Shown here: one piece after another, positions 18,064 through 29,032 of the stretch
Layout of the letters: each line of letters starts with the position of its first letter
How positions within the stretch are numbered: the first letter of the stretch is position 1
Sequence record: PX421306.1
DNA: 64,000 nt
Reading direction: 5' to 3' (one strand)
From: a phage
The notes under the pieces: model-generated
What the model saw: the letters and a program-made list of their open reading frames with translations, nothing else
Database searches by the model: none
What the model was told of the DNA's origin: nothing
Program-made: the position numbers and the translations under genes

Positions 18064-19347
18064 ATGGCTAAAATCAACGAACTTCTGCGCGAATCAACCA
18101 CAACGAATAGCAACTCAATCGGTCGCCCAAATCTCGTTGCTTTGACTCGCGCTACCACTAAATTAATATATTCTGACATTGTAGCAACGCAAAGAACTAA
18201 TCAACCTGTTGCTGCTTTTTATGGTATCAAATACCTTAACCCAGATAACGAATTTACATTTAAAACTGGTGCTACTTACGCTGGCGAAGCTGGGTACGTA
18301 GACCGAGAACAAATCACAGAATTAACAGAAGAGTCTAAATTAACTCTCAATAAAGGCGATTTATTCAAATATAATAATATCGTTTATAAAGTATTAGAAG
18401 ATACACCATTTGCTGATATTGAAGAAAGCGATTTAGAATTAGCTCTTCAGATTGCAATTGTTCTTTTAAAGGTTCGTCTATTTTCTGATGCAGCATCAAC
18501 AAGCAAATTTGAAAGCTCTGATAGCGAAATTGCGGATGCTAGATTCCAGATTAATAAATGGCAAACCGCAGTTAAATCTCGTAAACTTAAAACTGGCATC
18601 ACAGTTGAATTAGCACAAGATTTAGAAGCAAATGGATTCGATGCTCCTAATTTCTTGGAAGATTTGCTTGCAACTGAAATGGCGGATGAAATCAATAAAG
18701 ATATTCTGCAGTCTTTGATTACAGTGTCAAAACGCTATAAAGTTACAGGAATTACTGATACTGGATTCATTGATTTGAGTTATGCATCTGCACCTGAAGC
18801 TGGTCGTTCATTATACCGAATGGTGTGTGAAATGGTTTCGCATATCCAAAAAGAATCAACTTATACTGCAACGTTCTGTGTTGCTTCAGCTCGTGCCGCT
18901 GCGATTCTTGCTGCATCAGGTTGGTTAAAACATAAACCAGAAGATGATAAATATCTTTCACAAAATGCCTATGGGTTCTTAGCTAATGGTTTACCGCTTT
19001 ATTGCGATACTAACAGCCCATTAGATTATGTAATCGTTGGCGTAGTAGAAAATATTGGTGAAAAAGAAATTGTCGGATCAATTTTCTATGCTCCGTATAC
19101 AGAAGGTCTTGACTTAGATGACCCTGAACATGTAGGTGCATTTAAAGTTGTAGTTGATCCAGAAAGCTTACAACCATCTATCGGTTTATTGGTTAGATAT
19201 GCTTTATCTGCAAATCCTTACACTGTAGCAAAAGATGAAAAAGAAGCAAGAATAATTGATGGTGGAGACATGGATAAAATGGCGGGTCGTTCAGATTTGT
19301 CTGTTTTATTAGGTGTTAAATTACCAAAAATTATCGTTGATGAATAA
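18064..19347 (+). CDS. 24: Capsid vertex protein gp24
   Basis: 427 aa, the T4 gp24 length; synteny after 23. Confidence 0.95.
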   Translation: MAKINELLRESTTTNSNSIGRPNLVALTRATTKLIYSDIVATQRTNQPVAAFYGIKYLNPDNEFTFKTGATYAGEAGYVDREQITELTEESKLTLNKGDLFKYNNIVYKVLEDTPFADIEESDLELALQIAIVLLKVRLFSDAASTSKFESSDSEIADARFQINKWQTAVKSRKLKTGITVELAQDLEANGFDAPNFLEDLLATEMADEINKDILQSLITVSKRYKVTGITDTGFIDLSYASAPEAGRSLYRMVCEMVSHIQKESTYTATFCVASARAAAILAASGWLKHKPEDDKYLSQNAYGFLANGLPLYCDTNSPLDYVIVGVVENIGEKEIVGSIFYAPYTEGLDLDDPEHVGAFKVVVDPESLQPSIGLLVRYALSANPYTVAKDEKEARIIDGGDMDKMAGRSDLSVLLGVKLPKIIVDE

Positions 19348-19353
19348 AACAAA

Positions 19354-19369
19354 GGGACCAAAAGGTCCC
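19354..19369. terminator. Bidirectional terminator between gene 24 (+) and rnlB (-)
   Basis: GGGACC-AAAA-GGTCCC hairpin flanked by T-runs on both strands, between convergent genes. Confidence 0.7.
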
Positions 19370-19375
19370 TTTTAT

Positions 19376-20380
19376 TTAACTTACCAATTCAATCCAAGCC
19401 GGACGAAGTACATCTTGTACCATTTTAACTAATTCCTTTTTAATCAAAGAAGGATTATCCGCTTGAGTTAGAGTAATACCTTCACGAGAAGTTTCTTCCA
19501 AAATATCTTGAACAGTTAGCCCCATCACCTTTCCAAAATCTTTTGGACCAATTTCGCCAATTTTAGAAATAACATTATTTACTCGGTTCAGTGTAACGTA
19601 GCAAGCTAAAATTCCCAGCAATTTATTATCAGCTTCTGACAACTCAACTTTAGCTTTAATAGGCTTATCAGACTTTTTCTTTTCGCTAAATTTAGAGTTC
19701 TTGCATTTAATAGCGACACGATTGCCATTAGGCATCCAAGAAGGATAACAAGGTTTCAATACATATCCTTCAGCAGTAAATACTTCGCCTTTTGCTTCGG
19801 CATTCCAAACGCATTTATTTGCATCAACTAATCCAGCATGGTCTACTGTAAAATTATAATCCTGGACGACAGAATCTAAATCATTTGGCAATTTAATAAG
19901 TTCTTCAAATTTACCACGACCCAAAAGTGGAGCCATTTTAAATTTGAATGTATTACAGAATGATTCCATCATATAATCATCGACATAAGTCACATCACCA
20001 CTTTCTGTAGTAACAATAATGTCAAATACATAAAAATCTTTATCACCATAATCGACATTCTTCTGAATGCCAGGTCCAGCGAATTCGCCGAAGACTTGAT
20101 AAGATACAACTGCCGAAGTTTCCATAATATCTTGTACTGCTTTAATGGAATCAGCGTAATTCTTTAGAATAATTTCATACCCAAAGAAATCTTCAGCAGG
20201 AAGAATCGGTCCAGTACGTTTAGCACAAGTTGCTTTATCGCGTTCAATAATCAGTGAGAAATTTGTGCCATGAATCTTTTCACGAGCTACCCATTCGCCG
20301 CCAGTCAATCTTAAACTGTAAAGTTTTTCAATGAACTTAGAATTGTAATGATTTTCAAGACTGCTATACTTTTTAAACAT
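19376..20380 (-). CDS. rnlB: RNA ligase 2
   Basis: 334 aa, the T4 Rnl2 length; nucleotidyltransferase motif I 'KIHGTN'. Confidence 0.9.
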   Translation of the reverse strand: MFKKYSSLENHYNSKFIEKLYSLRLTGGEWVAREKIHGTNFSLIIERDKATCAKRTGPILPAEDFFGYEIILKNYADSIKAVQDIMETSAVVSYQVFGEFAGPGIQKNVDYGDKDFYVFDIIVTTESGDVTYVDDYMMESFCNTFKFKMAPLLGRGKFEELIKLPNDLDSVVQDYNFTVDHAGLVDANKCVWNAEAKGEVFTAEGYVLKPCYPSWMPNGNRVAIKCKNSKFSEKKKSDKPIKAKVELSEADNKLLGILACYVTLNRVNNVISKIGEIGPKDFGKVMGLTVQDILEETSREGITLTQADNPSLIKKELVKMVQDVLRPAWIELVS

Positions 20381-20389
20381 AATTAATCC

Positions 20390-20668
20390 TCAAAATGTAA
20401 TTTCTAACCAATCACCATCACGCTGATCACTATTGACTTTAAAGCTAAATCCTTCTTTTCTCAGCCAATCACCAATTTCTTCAGTAATCAATTTATCGCG
20501 AGCAGTACAATAATAACTAAAATATGTTTTACCTTGTTCAGCTGCTTTATTAGCAAGTTCCGAAAAATCTTTAATAAAACACTCTAGTTTAAACTGTTTA
20601 CTTTTAAGTGCTTTTTCGCGTAATTGATTAGCAAAAGATTCATTTTCATAAAGATCATACTGTTCCAT
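20390..20668 (-). CDS. Hypothetical protein (T4 24.2 position)
   Basis: 92-aa ORF in operon with rnlB; no recognisable motif. Confidence 0.55.
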   Translation of the reverse strand: MEQYDLYENESFANQLREKALKSKQFKLECFIKDFSELANKAAEQGKTYFSYYCTARDKLITEEIGDWLRKEGFSFKVNSDQRDGDWLEITF

Positions 20669-20870
20669 TTTTCACCTTTTTATTAATATGTCTTTTTCTA
20701 TAGACAACTTTTTCTCGAGTCTCAAATTTATTCTTAGCAGTCATAGCTCGAGCCCATAATATAGCCACTTCTTTCGCCTGTAAGTTCAATTCACGAGCAA
20801 TTTCAATGAATGACTTTCCAGACTCATGGAGTGTAAACACCACAACCTCAGTTCTCATAATCAATCTCAT
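20655..20870 (-). CDS. Hypothetical protein, probable HTH DNA-binding (T4 24.3 position)
   Basis: 71-aa ORF; helix-turn-helix-like segment 'SFIEIARELNLQAKEVAILWA'. Confidence 0.5.
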   Translation of the reverse strand: MRLIMRTEVVVFTLHESGKSFIEIARELNLQAKEVAILWARAMTAKNKFETREKVVYRKRHINKKVKNGTV

Positions 20871-20939
20871 GTTATCGAGTTGGTGCCATTATATACATCA
20901 TTTTCTGAGTGTGTTTTATTTGCTTTCAAAATGAAGAAA

Positions 20940-20953
20940 GGGGCCGAAGCCCC
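20940..20953 (-). terminator. Terminator after hoc (GGGGC-TTCG-GCCCC on minus strand)
   Basis: GC stem with tetraloop followed on the minus strand by a T-rich run, 6 nt after the hoc stop. Confidence 0.6.
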
Positions 20954-20958
20954 TAAGA

Positions 20959-22089
20959 TTATGGATAGGTATAGATGATACCAGTTTCTAAAGCAGTTTT
21001 ATGAATGATGTATCCATTGCGTGATTCTTGAACATCAACTTCTGGATAGTCTTTCATCATCTTCTGAAGAGTGTAACGATGCAAGTAGTACTTACTATCT
21101 GGGTCGTCAGTTTTCCAATCTTTACCTTCTTCAGTCATTTTTTGGATTTCATCCATAACCCACCAACCGCACCAGATATAAGCTGAAGTACGATGTGGAA
21201 GAGGATGAACATAAGGTAATTCACCTTCTGGTTCCGGAGCAACTTTATCAGTTACCTGAACTTGACCTTCTGCTGTGATAGTTTTGCTATCATAGTCAGT
21301 AGCGGTAACAGTTGCAGTAACTTCAATAGTTTGACTTCCAATAGATGATGTATCAACAGTGTATACATTAGTTGACCCTTCTACTGGAGAAGAATCTTTC
21401 TTCCATGAATACGCAATTTGTGCTTCTTCCGGAGCATCCGTAACGTTAGCAGTAAATGTAGCCGAAGCATCTTGCTGAACGTTAATAGAAGGAGGAGTCA
21501 ATGTAACCTGTGGATTCATTGTCTTCTTATTAACAGTCAGTGATACTTCATTAGAAGTAACTTCCTTTGCATCATAATCTGCCGCAGTTACTTGAGCTAC
21601 ACACTTAATTGTTTTAACTCCGCTTGTGGAAGGAGTGTAATTGAATGTAGCAGAAGTTGCTTCGCCCACAGGAGAACCGTCAACGTACCATTGATACGTA
21701 GCAGATGCGCCTGATGGTTGAGAAGCTAAAGCAGCAGTAAATTCAACAGGAGTTCCAATCACTCCAGCAGCAGGACTATCAGGAGTTACAGCTAAGGTAG
21801 TTGTTTGTGTCTTATTTTGAACTGTGATAGTTGTACTAATTTCAGCTGTTTCGGGACTACTATCGGCAACTTGATTGGTTGCAACTACTTTAATAGTCTT
21901 TTGACCGGCAGGTCCTTTTAGTACATAACTAAAAGTTGCTTCAGTTCCATCTTGTGGAACATCGTCTACAGTCCAAGCATATGTAATAGGTCCATCTCCA
22001 GTTTGACCACTGGGTGTAGCAGTAAACTGCTGAGTCTGATCTATAACTCCAGTAGGTGTTTTAGGAGTTATATCAACTGTAAAAGCCAT
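20959..22089 (-). CDS. hoc: Highly immunogenic outer capsid protein Hoc
   Basis: 376 aa, the T4 Hoc length; repeated Thr/Val-rich beta-sandwich-like modules; synteny. Confidence 0.9.
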   Translation of the reverse strand: MAFTVDITPKTPTGVIDQTQQFTATPSGQTGDGPITYAWTVDDVPQDGTEATFSYVLKGPAGQKTIKVVATNQVADSSPETAEISTTITVQNKTQTTTLAVTPDSPAAGVIGTPVEFTAALASQPSGASATYQWYVDGSPVGEATSATFNYTPSTSGVKTIKCVAQVTAADYDAKEVTSNEVSLTVNKKTMNPQVTLTPPSINVQQDASATFTANVTDAPEEAQIAYSWKKDSSPVEGSTNVYTVDTSSIGSQTIEVTATVTATDYDSKTITAEGQVQVTDKVAPEPEGELPYVHPLPHRTSAYIWCGWWVMDEIQKMTEEGKDWKTDDPDSKYYLHRYTLQKMMKDYPEVDVQESRNGYIIHKTALETGIIYTYP

Positions 22090-22098
22090 AAGTTATCC

Positions 22099-22779
22099 TT
22101 ATTTTAATGTTACGAAAGAAGAATTACGTGTTTCACGAATTAGAACTGATCCGTCACGATTAATGTAGTAAATTAAGCTAAATAAAGTTTGGTGTGCCGA
22201 CGCATGTTCAAAACTAGTTGGGTGAGATTTCCAATCCGGAGTTTCAGCAATCCACTGGTAAATCCACCAAGGAACAGTACAGAATCCTGGATTTTTTCCA
22301 ATCAGCTGAAGATTCGGACTAAAGTTTTCCGGAAGAGTAAATACAGACGGCTTTTCAGATTCAATAATCTCAGCTACAGCCTGCTCGAATTTTTCTTCAA
22401 CAAAAGGAGTATCTTCAATCAAAACATCGGTATTTTCAGGAATTTTATCCATTTCTACTACTTCAATTTTAATGTCAGATTTAACCGGAGAATCAATCAG
22501 AAGTGCTGCCTCTGGATTGACTTCTTCATCGTCATATTTTAATCCCTCTGCGGCATCAGCAGCATTGATTAAGTCTTTAATAGATAACCCATCAGTCTCT
22601 GGCATAGGTTCACTAGCGAGCTTCTGGAGGGCTTCTTCAATATCATTAACGATATTATCAAAAGATTTATTCTTTTTAACCTTTATACCAAACTGTTCAG
22701 CATATTCAGCTAATTTAGCTTTAGCTTCTTTATTATCATCAAGAGCCTTCAGCTCTGCAATATAATCTTTATCTATCAT
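22099..22779 (-). CDS. inh: Inhibitor of prohead protease Inh
   Basis: 226 aa; position upstream of hoc, as for T4 inh. Confidence 0.8.
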   Translation of the reverse strand: MIDKDYIAELKALDDNKEAKAKLAEYAEQFGIKVKKNKSFDNIVNDIEEALQKLASEPMPETDGLSIKDLINAADAAEGLKYDDEEVNPEAALLIDSPVKSDIKIEVVEMDKIPENTDVLIEDTPFVEEKFEQAVAEIIESEKPSVFTLPENFSPNLQLIGKNPGFCTVPWWIYQWIAETPDWKSHPTSFEHASAHQTLFSLIYYINRDGSVLIRETRNSSFVTLK

Positions 22780-22792
22780 AATATTTCCTCAG

Positions 22793-22800
22793 TATAAATA
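22793..22800 (+). promoter_or_regulatory. Late promoter box TATAAATA upstream of uvsW
   Basis: Exact TATAAATA 29 nt upstream of the uvsW ATG in the divergent inh/uvsW gap. Confidence 0.5.
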
Positions 22801-22829
22801 TAGATATATTTATTACATGGTATTTAGAC

Positions 22830-24341
22830 ATGACTGACATTAAAGTACATTTTTATGATTTTAGTCACGTGAGAATTGATTGTGAAGAAAGTACATTTCA
22901 TGAACTCCGTGATTTCTTTAGCTTTGAAGCTGATGGGTATCGTTTTAATCCGAAGTACAAATATGGCCATTGGGATGGACGAATCCGTCTTTTAGATTAT
23001 AATCGCCTTCTTCCGTTTGGCTTAGTCGGGCAAATTAAAAAGTTCTGTGATAACTTTGGCTATAAAGCTTGGATTGACCCACAGATTAACGAAAAAGAAG
23101 AATTATCAAGAAAAGATTTTGATGAATGGCTTTCTAAGTTAGAAATCTATTCAGGAAATAAAAGAATTGAACCACACTGGTATCAAAAAGATGCAGTGTT
23201 CGAAGGATTAGTTAATCGTCGTAGAATTCTTAATCTTCCAACATCCGCAGGTAAATCTTTAATTCAAGCTTTGCTTGCTCGATATTATTTGGAAAATTAT
23301 GAAGGTAAAATTCTTATCATTGTTCCAACAACTGCTTTAACAACTCAGATGGCTGATGACTTTGTTGACTATCGTTTATTCAGTCATGCAATGATAAAGA
23401 AAATCGGTGGTGGAGCATCAAAAGATGATAAATATAAAAATGATGCACCAGTCGTTGTTGGTACATGGCAAACTGTAGTAAAACAACCGAAAGAATGGTT
23501 CTCACAGTTTGGAATGATGATGAATGATGAATGCCATCTTGCTACAGGAAAAAGTATTTCATCTATCATATCAGGTTTAAATAACTGCATGTTTAAATTT
23601 GGTTTGTCCGGTTCATTGCGTGATGGCAAAGCTAATATCATGCAGTATGTTGGAATGTTTGGTGAAATATTTAAGCCAGTAACGACTTCTAAATTAATGG
23701 AAGATGGACAAGTAACTGAGTTAAAAATTAATAGTATTTTTCTTCGCTATCCTGATGAGTTCACTACTAAATTAAAGGGAAAAACTTACCAAGAAGAAAT
23801 AAAAATTATTACTGGGCTCAGTAAAAGAAATAAATGGATCGCTAAATTAGCTATTAAACTTGCACAAAAAGATGAAAACGCTTTTGTCATGTTTAAACAC
23901 GTATCGCACGGTAAAGCTATTTTCGATTTAATTAAAAATGAATACGATAAAGTTTATTACGTATCAGGGGAAGTTGATACCGAAACACGCAACGTAATGA
24001 AAACCCTAGCTGAAAACGGTAAAGGAATAATTATAGTAGCTAGTTATGGTGTATTTTCTACTGGTATTTCAGTTAAAAATCTGCATCACGTTATTTTAGC
24101 ACACGGTGTTAAATCTAAAATTATTGTATTGCAAACAATAGGTCGCGTATTACGTAAGCATGGTTCTAAAACAATCGCAACGGTCTGGGACCTCATTGAT
24201 GATTGCGGTGTTAAGCCAAAATCTGCTAATACGAAAAAGAAATACGTTCATTTGAACTATCTTTTAAAACACGGCATTGATCGTATTCAGCGCTACGCAG
24301 ATGAAAAATTTAATTACGTAATGAAAACAGTTAATTTATAA
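22830..24341 (+). CDS. uvsW: UvsW SF2 DNA/RNA helicase
   Basis: 503 aa; Walker A 'PTSAGKS' and DECH box. Confidence 0.9.
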   Translation: MTDIKVHFYDFSHVRIDCEESTFHELRDFFSFEADGYRFNPKYKYGHWDGRIRLLDYNRLLPFGLVGQIKKFCDNFGYKAWIDPQINEKEELSRKDFDEWLSKLEIYSGNKRIEPHWYQKDAVFEGLVNRRRILNLPTSAGKSLIQALLARYYLENYEGKILIIVPTTALTTQMADDFVDYRLFSHAMIKKIGGGASKDDKYKNDAPVVVGTWQTVVKQPKEWFSQFGMMMNDECHLATGKSISSIISGLNNCMFKFGLSGSLRDGKANIMQYVGMFGEIFKPVTTSKLMEDGQVTELKINSIFLRYPDEFTTKLKGKTYQEEIKIITGLSKRNKWIAKLAIKLAQKDENAFVMFKHVSHGKAIFDLIKNEYDKVYYVSGEVDTETRNVMKTLAENGKGIIIVASYGVFSTGISVKNLHHVILAHGVKSKIIVLQTIGRVLRKHGSKTIATVWDLIDDCGVKPKSANTKKKYVHLNYLLKHGIDRIQRYADEKFNYVMKTVNL

Positions 24342-24366
24342 GGGCTTCGGCCCTTTGGAGAAAAAG

Positions 24367-24597
24367 ATGTTACTAGAATTTAAACAATTTCTTTATGAAG
24401 CTTCTATTGATGAATTTATGGGTAAAATTGCATCATGTCAAACATTAGAAGGTCTAGAAGAACTTGAAGCTTATTACAAGAAAAGAGTTAAAGAAACTGA
24501 ATTAAAAGACACTGATGACATCTCTGTGAGAGATGCTTTGGCAGGAAAAAGAGCTGAATTAGAAGATTCAGACGATGAAGTAGAAGAAAGCTTTTAA
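24367..24597 (+). CDS. uvsW.1: UvsW.1 small protein
   Basis: ATG at 24367 with GGAG 6 nt upstream gives 76 aa; track start 24355 is TTG. Confidence 0.7.
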   Translation: MLLEFKQFLYEASIDEFMGKIASCQTLEGLEELEAYYKKRVKETELKDTDDISVRDALAGKRAELEDSDDEVEESF

Positions 24598-24652
24598 ATT
24601 AAAAAAGGCCCAACCAAAAAGGAAGGGCCAAAACTATAGACTAAAGGTCACA

Positions 24653-24820
24653 CTATAGCAAAAGTTGTGTTTCATTTAATTGTTCTTCCGAACTTTCTGA
24701 AACTGGTAGTTCTTTAATGTAATTATAGCAAGGCCCAGGATGTACAGGACCTTTGTCTGTTTCAACAACCAATGCAGAATCGATTGGAGTTTTACAGACA
24801 ACACAAATCTTATCTGACAT
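24653..24820 (-). CDS. Small ORF, 55 aa (uvsY.-2 position), absent from the ORF track
   Basis: ATG at 24820 preceded by GAGGAG; translates MSDKICVVCKTPIDS...LLL to a TAG at 24653-24655; CxxC motif near the N-terminus. Confidence 0.5.
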   Translation of the reverse strand: MSDKICVVCKTPIDSALVVETDKGPVHPGPCYNYIKELPVSESSEEQLNETQLLL

Positions 24821-24850
24821 GATTGTCTCCTCTAAATTATATATATCTAT

Positions 24851-25075
24851 TTATATAACTCTCATATGCATATCAATGCCCATATCTTTAGAATAAAAAT
24901 ATTCATCAAGATATCCGGCAAATTTTCCTTTAATATAAAGTACATCTTCACCGCATGGGTGGTCGGCCAGGATACGAATATCCTGACGTTTGAGATTATA
25001 CTTTTTCATTAAGAATTGAATTTCCGTTTCGAATTCTTCTTCATAATTAAAAGCATCATCAATGCTATATCTCAT
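24851..25075 (-). CDS. Hypothetical protein (uvsY.-1 position)
   Basis: 74-aa ORF; its start overlaps the uvsY stop. Confidence 0.6.
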   Translation of the reverse strand: MRYSIDDAFNYEEEFETEIQFLMKKYNLKRQDIRILADHPCGEDVLYIKGKFAGYLDEYFYSKDMGIDMHMRVI

Positions 25076-25488
25076 TATTTTCCAGCCTCAAATGCTCGCA
25101 TGTCTTGAATATGCTTAATAGCAAATCCACGTGATTTAATAGCATCAAGAGCTCCGCTACAGAAATCCAATAAAATTCCCCAATATTGTAATGAAGTATC
25201 AACTTTTAAAACATCCTTATCAGCTGATAGAACTGTCTTCATTTCTGATTTCTCATAACGGTCCATACTAAATTCATCACCATCTCCTCGTCCCGAGTAG
25301 TAGTCTAATTTAGCTTTAAGAGCAACTTTTTTCTGTGCGTCAATTCTAAGCATTTCCTTTTTAATACTTGAATGCTTATTGAGCCATTTACTATATAACA
25401 TCACATTATTAGCTGCTTCATACTGTAATTTAGTCGAATCTATAAACACATCTTTCTTCAATTCTTCTTGAAGATCTTCTAATTTCAT
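25075..25488 (-). CDS. uvsY: Recombination mediator UvsY
   Basis: 137 aa, the T4 UvsY length; synteny next to genes 25/26. Confidence 0.9.
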   Translation of the reverse strand: MKLEDLQEELKKDVFIDSTKLQYEAANNVMLYSKWLNKHSSIKKEMLRIDAQKKVALKAKLDYYSGRGDGDEFSMDRYEKSEMKTVLSADKDVLKVDTSLQYWGILLDFCSGALDAIKSRGFAIKHIQDMRAFEAGK

Positions 25489-25528
25489 ATTGTTCTCTAT
25501 TCAATTGTTATTGGATGGACTTAGATTC

Positions 25529-25554
25529 ATTATACCACGTTTATACGTGAAGCA
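25529..25554 (-). promoter_or_regulatory. Candidate MotA-dependent middle promoter for uvsY
   Basis: Minus strand has MotA-box-like ATGCTTCA, a 13-nt spacer, then TATAAT, about 40-65 nt upstream of the uvsY ATG. Confidence 0.4.
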
Positions 25555-25953
25555 TTATACTCTGTTACTGGAAGCCAGTTGTAGTTTTATCTGCTCAATA
25601 TCATCAGGATTATCGATGACCGAAAAGCGTATTTCTACTATCAGAGTATAATCATCATAAACTGGTATTACATTAACTGCTAATTTATCAATACGTGGCT
25701 CGTAGTTTCTTACTGCGCTTTCAATGTTACGCTCAACAGTATCAGCAGTAAGAGGAGTCATATTCTCAAAAAGCTGATCAGATAAATCGCATCCAAATTC
25801 TGGGTCAAATGGCCTTGACCCTTTCCTGGTTGTAATAATTCCTAAAAGACTATTTTTAATTGACCTTAATCCAAGAGATCTGGAAACGTCTTTGTCCCAA
25901 TCCATTTTCATTTCTGGGTCAATGTCAGAATAAAGCTTATTAATATTTGCCAT
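25555..25953 (-). CDS. 25: Baseplate wedge protein gp25
   Basis: 132 aa, the T4 gp25 length; coupled to gene 26. Confidence 0.9.
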   Translation of the reverse strand: MANINKLYSDIDPEMKMDWDKDVSRSLGLRSIKNSLLGIITTRKGSRPFDPEFGCDLSDQLFENMTPLTADTVERNIESAVRNYEPRIDKLAVNVIPVYDDYTLIVEIRFSVIDNPDDIEQIKLQLASSNRV

Positions 25954-26579
25954 TACAATAGCTCAAAGAATTCTTTGAGTCCTCTTATTACATGAGCGTG
26001 AGATTTTCCACACTCTGGACATTTAATTGGAACAGCCAAATAAACAGTAGGCTTTAAAAGCATATCTTTTATAGCTACAATATCTGACTCTGTGATGATA
26101 GAATATAAATCTTCCAACTCTTTTTCATTCAAGTCTTCAATTGGAATGCTTTCACCGTTAGCATGAATTGTTTCTATACATGATACTATCATGTGGGCTA
26201 TGTTTTTATCATCAAAAATTTTAGGGTAATGGAACTTAATTTTAATGTCGCCCAGTGTATACCAGAGGTCTTCTGGTGCATCTATTTGTGTATGTAATAG
26301 ATTTATATGGGTTGGTATTTCAGTTCCACAGGTGCACTTCCAGGAGTTTTCGTGATTAACTTCTCCAAGAGAATGTGCCCATAAATGAATCAGCAGTAGT
26401 TCTGATTCTTGACGGTTTAAATCTTTTGCATTTGTACAGTCTTTAATTAGCTTTTTAACGATCTCTTCTACTGAACCGTTCTTTTTAGCAGTAATAAGTT
26501 CTAGATATTCTTTAAGAGTAAATGCGCGACAGTTGATTATTTTAGAACCAACTCTCACATCAAATTTGTATTCATACAT
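25953..26579 (-). CDS. 26: Baseplate hub protein gp26
   Basis: 208 aa, the T4 gp26 length; synteny. Confidence 0.85.
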   Translation of the reverse strand: MYEYKFDVRVGSKIINCRAFTLKEYLELITAKKNGSVEEIVKKLIKDCTNAKDLNRQESELLLIHLWAHSLGEVNHENSWKCTCGTEIPTHINLLHTQIDAPEDLWYTLGDIKIKFHYPKIFDDKNIAHMIVSCIETIHANGESIPIEDLNEKELEDLYSIITESDIVAIKDMLLKPTVYLAVPIKCPECGKSHAHVIRGLKEFFELL

Positions 26580-26600
26580 ATTTAGCTCCTTTATTTATCA

Positions 26601-26612
26601 TATTTATAAATA
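26601..26612. promoter_or_regulatory. Overlapping divergent late promoter boxes for gene 26 (-) and gene 51 (+)
   Basis: TATTTATAAATA holds TATAAATA on the plus strand (26605-26612) and on the minus strand (26601-26608), between divergent starts at 26579 and 26630. Confidence 0.5.
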
Positions 26613-26629
26613 GAATAAAAGGAGCATCT

Positions 26630-27379
26630 ATGGCAAACATTATTCGTTGTAAATTACCAGATGGTGTTCATCGTTTTAAACCATTTACGGTAGAAGATTA
26701 TCGAGATTTTTTGTTAGTTCGAAACGATATAGAACATCGGTCACCACAAGAACAAAAAGAAATAATTGCTGATTTAATTGCCGATTATTTTGGAGACTAT
26801 CCGAAGACTTGGCAACCATTTATATTTTTGCAGGTATTTGTAGGGTCAATAGGTAAAACTAAAGTACCGGTCACATTTGTATGTCCAAAATGTAAAAAAG
26901 AAAAGACAGTTCCATTTGAAATATATCAAAAAGAATTAAAGGAACCTGTTTTTGATGTAGCTAATGTTAAAATTAAATTAAAGTTTCCTTCTGAGTTTTA
27001 TGAAAATAAAGCAAAGATGATTACTGAAAATATTCATTCTGTTCAAGTAGATGAAATGTGGTATGATTGGAATGAAATTAGCGAATCAAGTCAAATAGAA
27101 CTTGTTGATGCCATCGAGATAGAAACATTAGAAAAAATTCTCGATGCAATGAATCCTATTAATTTAACATTGCATATGTCATGTTGTAATAAGTATGTAA
27201 AAAAATACACTGATATAGTAGATGTGTTTAAGCTATTAGTTAACCCAGATGAAATATTTACTTTTTATCAAATCAATCACACGCTCGTAAAAAGTAATTA
27301 TAGCTTAAATTCAATAATGAAAATGATTCCTGCTGAGCGCGGATTCGTATTAAAACTGATTGAGAAGGATAAACAATAA
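26630..27379 (+). CDS. 51: Baseplate hub assembly catalyst gp51
   Basis: 249 aa, the T4 gp51 length; synteny. Confidence 0.85.
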   Translation: MANIIRCKLPDGVHRFKPFTVEDYRDFLLVRNDIEHRSPQEQKEIIADLIADYFGDYPKTWQPFIFLQVFVGSIGKTKVPVTFVCPKCKKEKTVPFEIYQKELKEPVFDVANVKIKLKFPSEFYENKAKMITENIHSVQVDEMWYDWNEISESSQIELVDAIEIETLEKILDAMNPINLTLHMSCCNKYVKKYTDIVDVFKLLVNPDEIFTFYQINHTLVKSNYSLNSIMKMIPAERGFVLKLIEKDKQ

Positions 27380-28554
27380 TGAGTATGTTGCAACGCCCAG
27401 GATATCCAAATCTCAGCGTTAAATTATTTGATAGCTACGACGCTTGGAGTAATAATAGATTTGTTGAATTAGCTGCTACTATTACCACATTAACTATGCG
27501 GGATTCTCTTTATGGCCGAAATGAAGGAATGCTGCAGTTTTATGATTCTAAAAACATCCATACAAAAATGGATGGAAATGAAATAATTCAGATTTCTGTA
27601 GCTAATGCAAACGATATTAATAATGTTAAAACACGAATTTATGGATGTAAGCATTTTTCTGTATCTGTAGATTCAAAGGGTGATAACATCATTGCTATTG
27701 AATTGGGAACTATTCATTCTATAGAAAATCTTAAATTTGGCAGACCGTTTTTCTCTGATGCAGGTGAATCTATAAAGGAAATGCTTGGTGTCATTTATCA
27801 GGATCGCACGTTATTAACTCCAGCAATAAATGCTATAAATGCTTATGTTCCTGATATTCCATGGACTAGCACATTTGAAAACTATTTGTCGTATGTTAGA
27901 GAAGTTGCTCTAGCTGTAGGAAGTGACAAATTTGTATTTGTGTGGCAAGACATCATGGGAGTTAACATGATGGACTATGATATGATGATAAATCAAGAAC
28001 CATATCCAATGATTGTCGGTGAGCCATCTTTAATAGGTCAATTCATCCAAGAATTAAAATATCCATTAGCATATGATTTCGTTTGGTTGACTAAATCGAA
28101 TCCTCACAAACGTGACCCAATGAAAAACGCTACTATCTATGCGCATTCATTTTTAGATTCTTCATTGCCAATGATTACTACAGGAAAGGGCGAAAACTCT
28201 ATTGTAGTATCAAGGTCAGGTGCTTATTCTGAAATGACTTATAGGAATGGATATGAAGAAGCTATTCGTCTTCAAACTATGGCACAATACGATGGCTATG
28301 CTAAATGTTCTACTGTCGGTAATTTTAACTTGACTCCTGGCGTTAAAATTATTTTTAATGATAGTAAAAACCAATTTAAAACAGAATTTTACGTTGATGA
28401 AGTTATCCATGAATTATCAAATAATAATTCAGTAACACATCTATATATGTTCACTAATGCAACGAAACTGGAAACAATAGACCCAGTTAAGGTTAAAAAT
28501 GAATTTAAATCTGATACTACCACTGAAGAAAGTAGTTCTTCCAATAAGCAATAA
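27379..28554 (+). CDS. 27: Baseplate hub protein gp27
   Basis: 391 aa, the T4 gp27 length; synteny. Confidence 0.9.
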   Translation: MSMLQRPGYPNLSVKLFDSYDAWSNNRFVELAATITTLTMRDSLYGRNEGMLQFYDSKNIHTKMDGNEIIQISVANANDINNVKTRIYGCKHFSVSVDSKGDNIIAIELGTIHSIENLKFGRPFFSDAGESIKEMLGVIYQDRTLLTPAINAINAYVPDIPWTSTFENYLSYVREVALAVGSDKFVFVWQDIMGVNMMDYDMMINQEPYPMIVGEPSLIGQFIQELKYPLAYDFVWLTKSNPHKRDPMKNATIYAHSFLDSSLPMITTGKGENSIVVSRSGAYSEMTYRNGYEEAIRLQTMAQYDGYAKCSTVGNFNLTPGVKIIFNDSKNQFKTEFYVDEVIHELSNNNSVTHLYMFTNATKLETIDPVKVKNEFKSDTTTEESSSSNKQ

Positions 28555-29032
28555 AGAAGTTTCTATTCCTAAAATGGGTCTTAAACACTATAACATTTTA
28601 AAAGATGTTAAAGGTCCTGATGAAAATTTAAAACTTCTTATTGATTCTATTTGTCCGAATTTATCACCGGCAGAAGTTGATTTCGTTTCTATTCATTTAT
28701 TGGAATTTAATGGAAAGATTAAATCTCGTAAAGAAATAGATGGTTATACTTATGACATTAATGATGTTTATGTATGCCAAAGATTGGAATTTCAATACCA
28801 AGGAAATACATTTTATTTTAGACCGCCTGGAAAATTTGAACAATTTTTAACTGTGAGCGATATGTTATCCAAATGCTTGCTTAAGGTCAATGATGAAGTT
28901 AAAGAAATTAATTTTCTTGAGATGCCAGCATTCGTTTTAAAATGGGCAAATGATATTTTTACAACTTTAGCAATTCCTGGCCCTAATGGTCCAATAATCG
29001 GAATTGGCAATATTATTGGATTATTTGAATGA
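28499..29032 (+). CDS. 28: Baseplate hub distal protein gp28
   Basis: 177 aa, the T4 gp28 length; overlaps the 3' end of gene 27. Confidence 0.8.
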   Translation: MNLNLILPLKKVVLPISNKEVSIPKMGLKHYNILKDVKGPDENLKLLIDSICPNLSPAEVDFVSIHLLEFNGKIKSRKEIDGYTYDINDVYVCQRLEFQYQGNTFYFRPPGKFEQFLTVSDMLSKCLLKVNDEVKEINFLEMPAFVLKWANDIFTTLAIPGPNGPIIGIGNIIGLFE

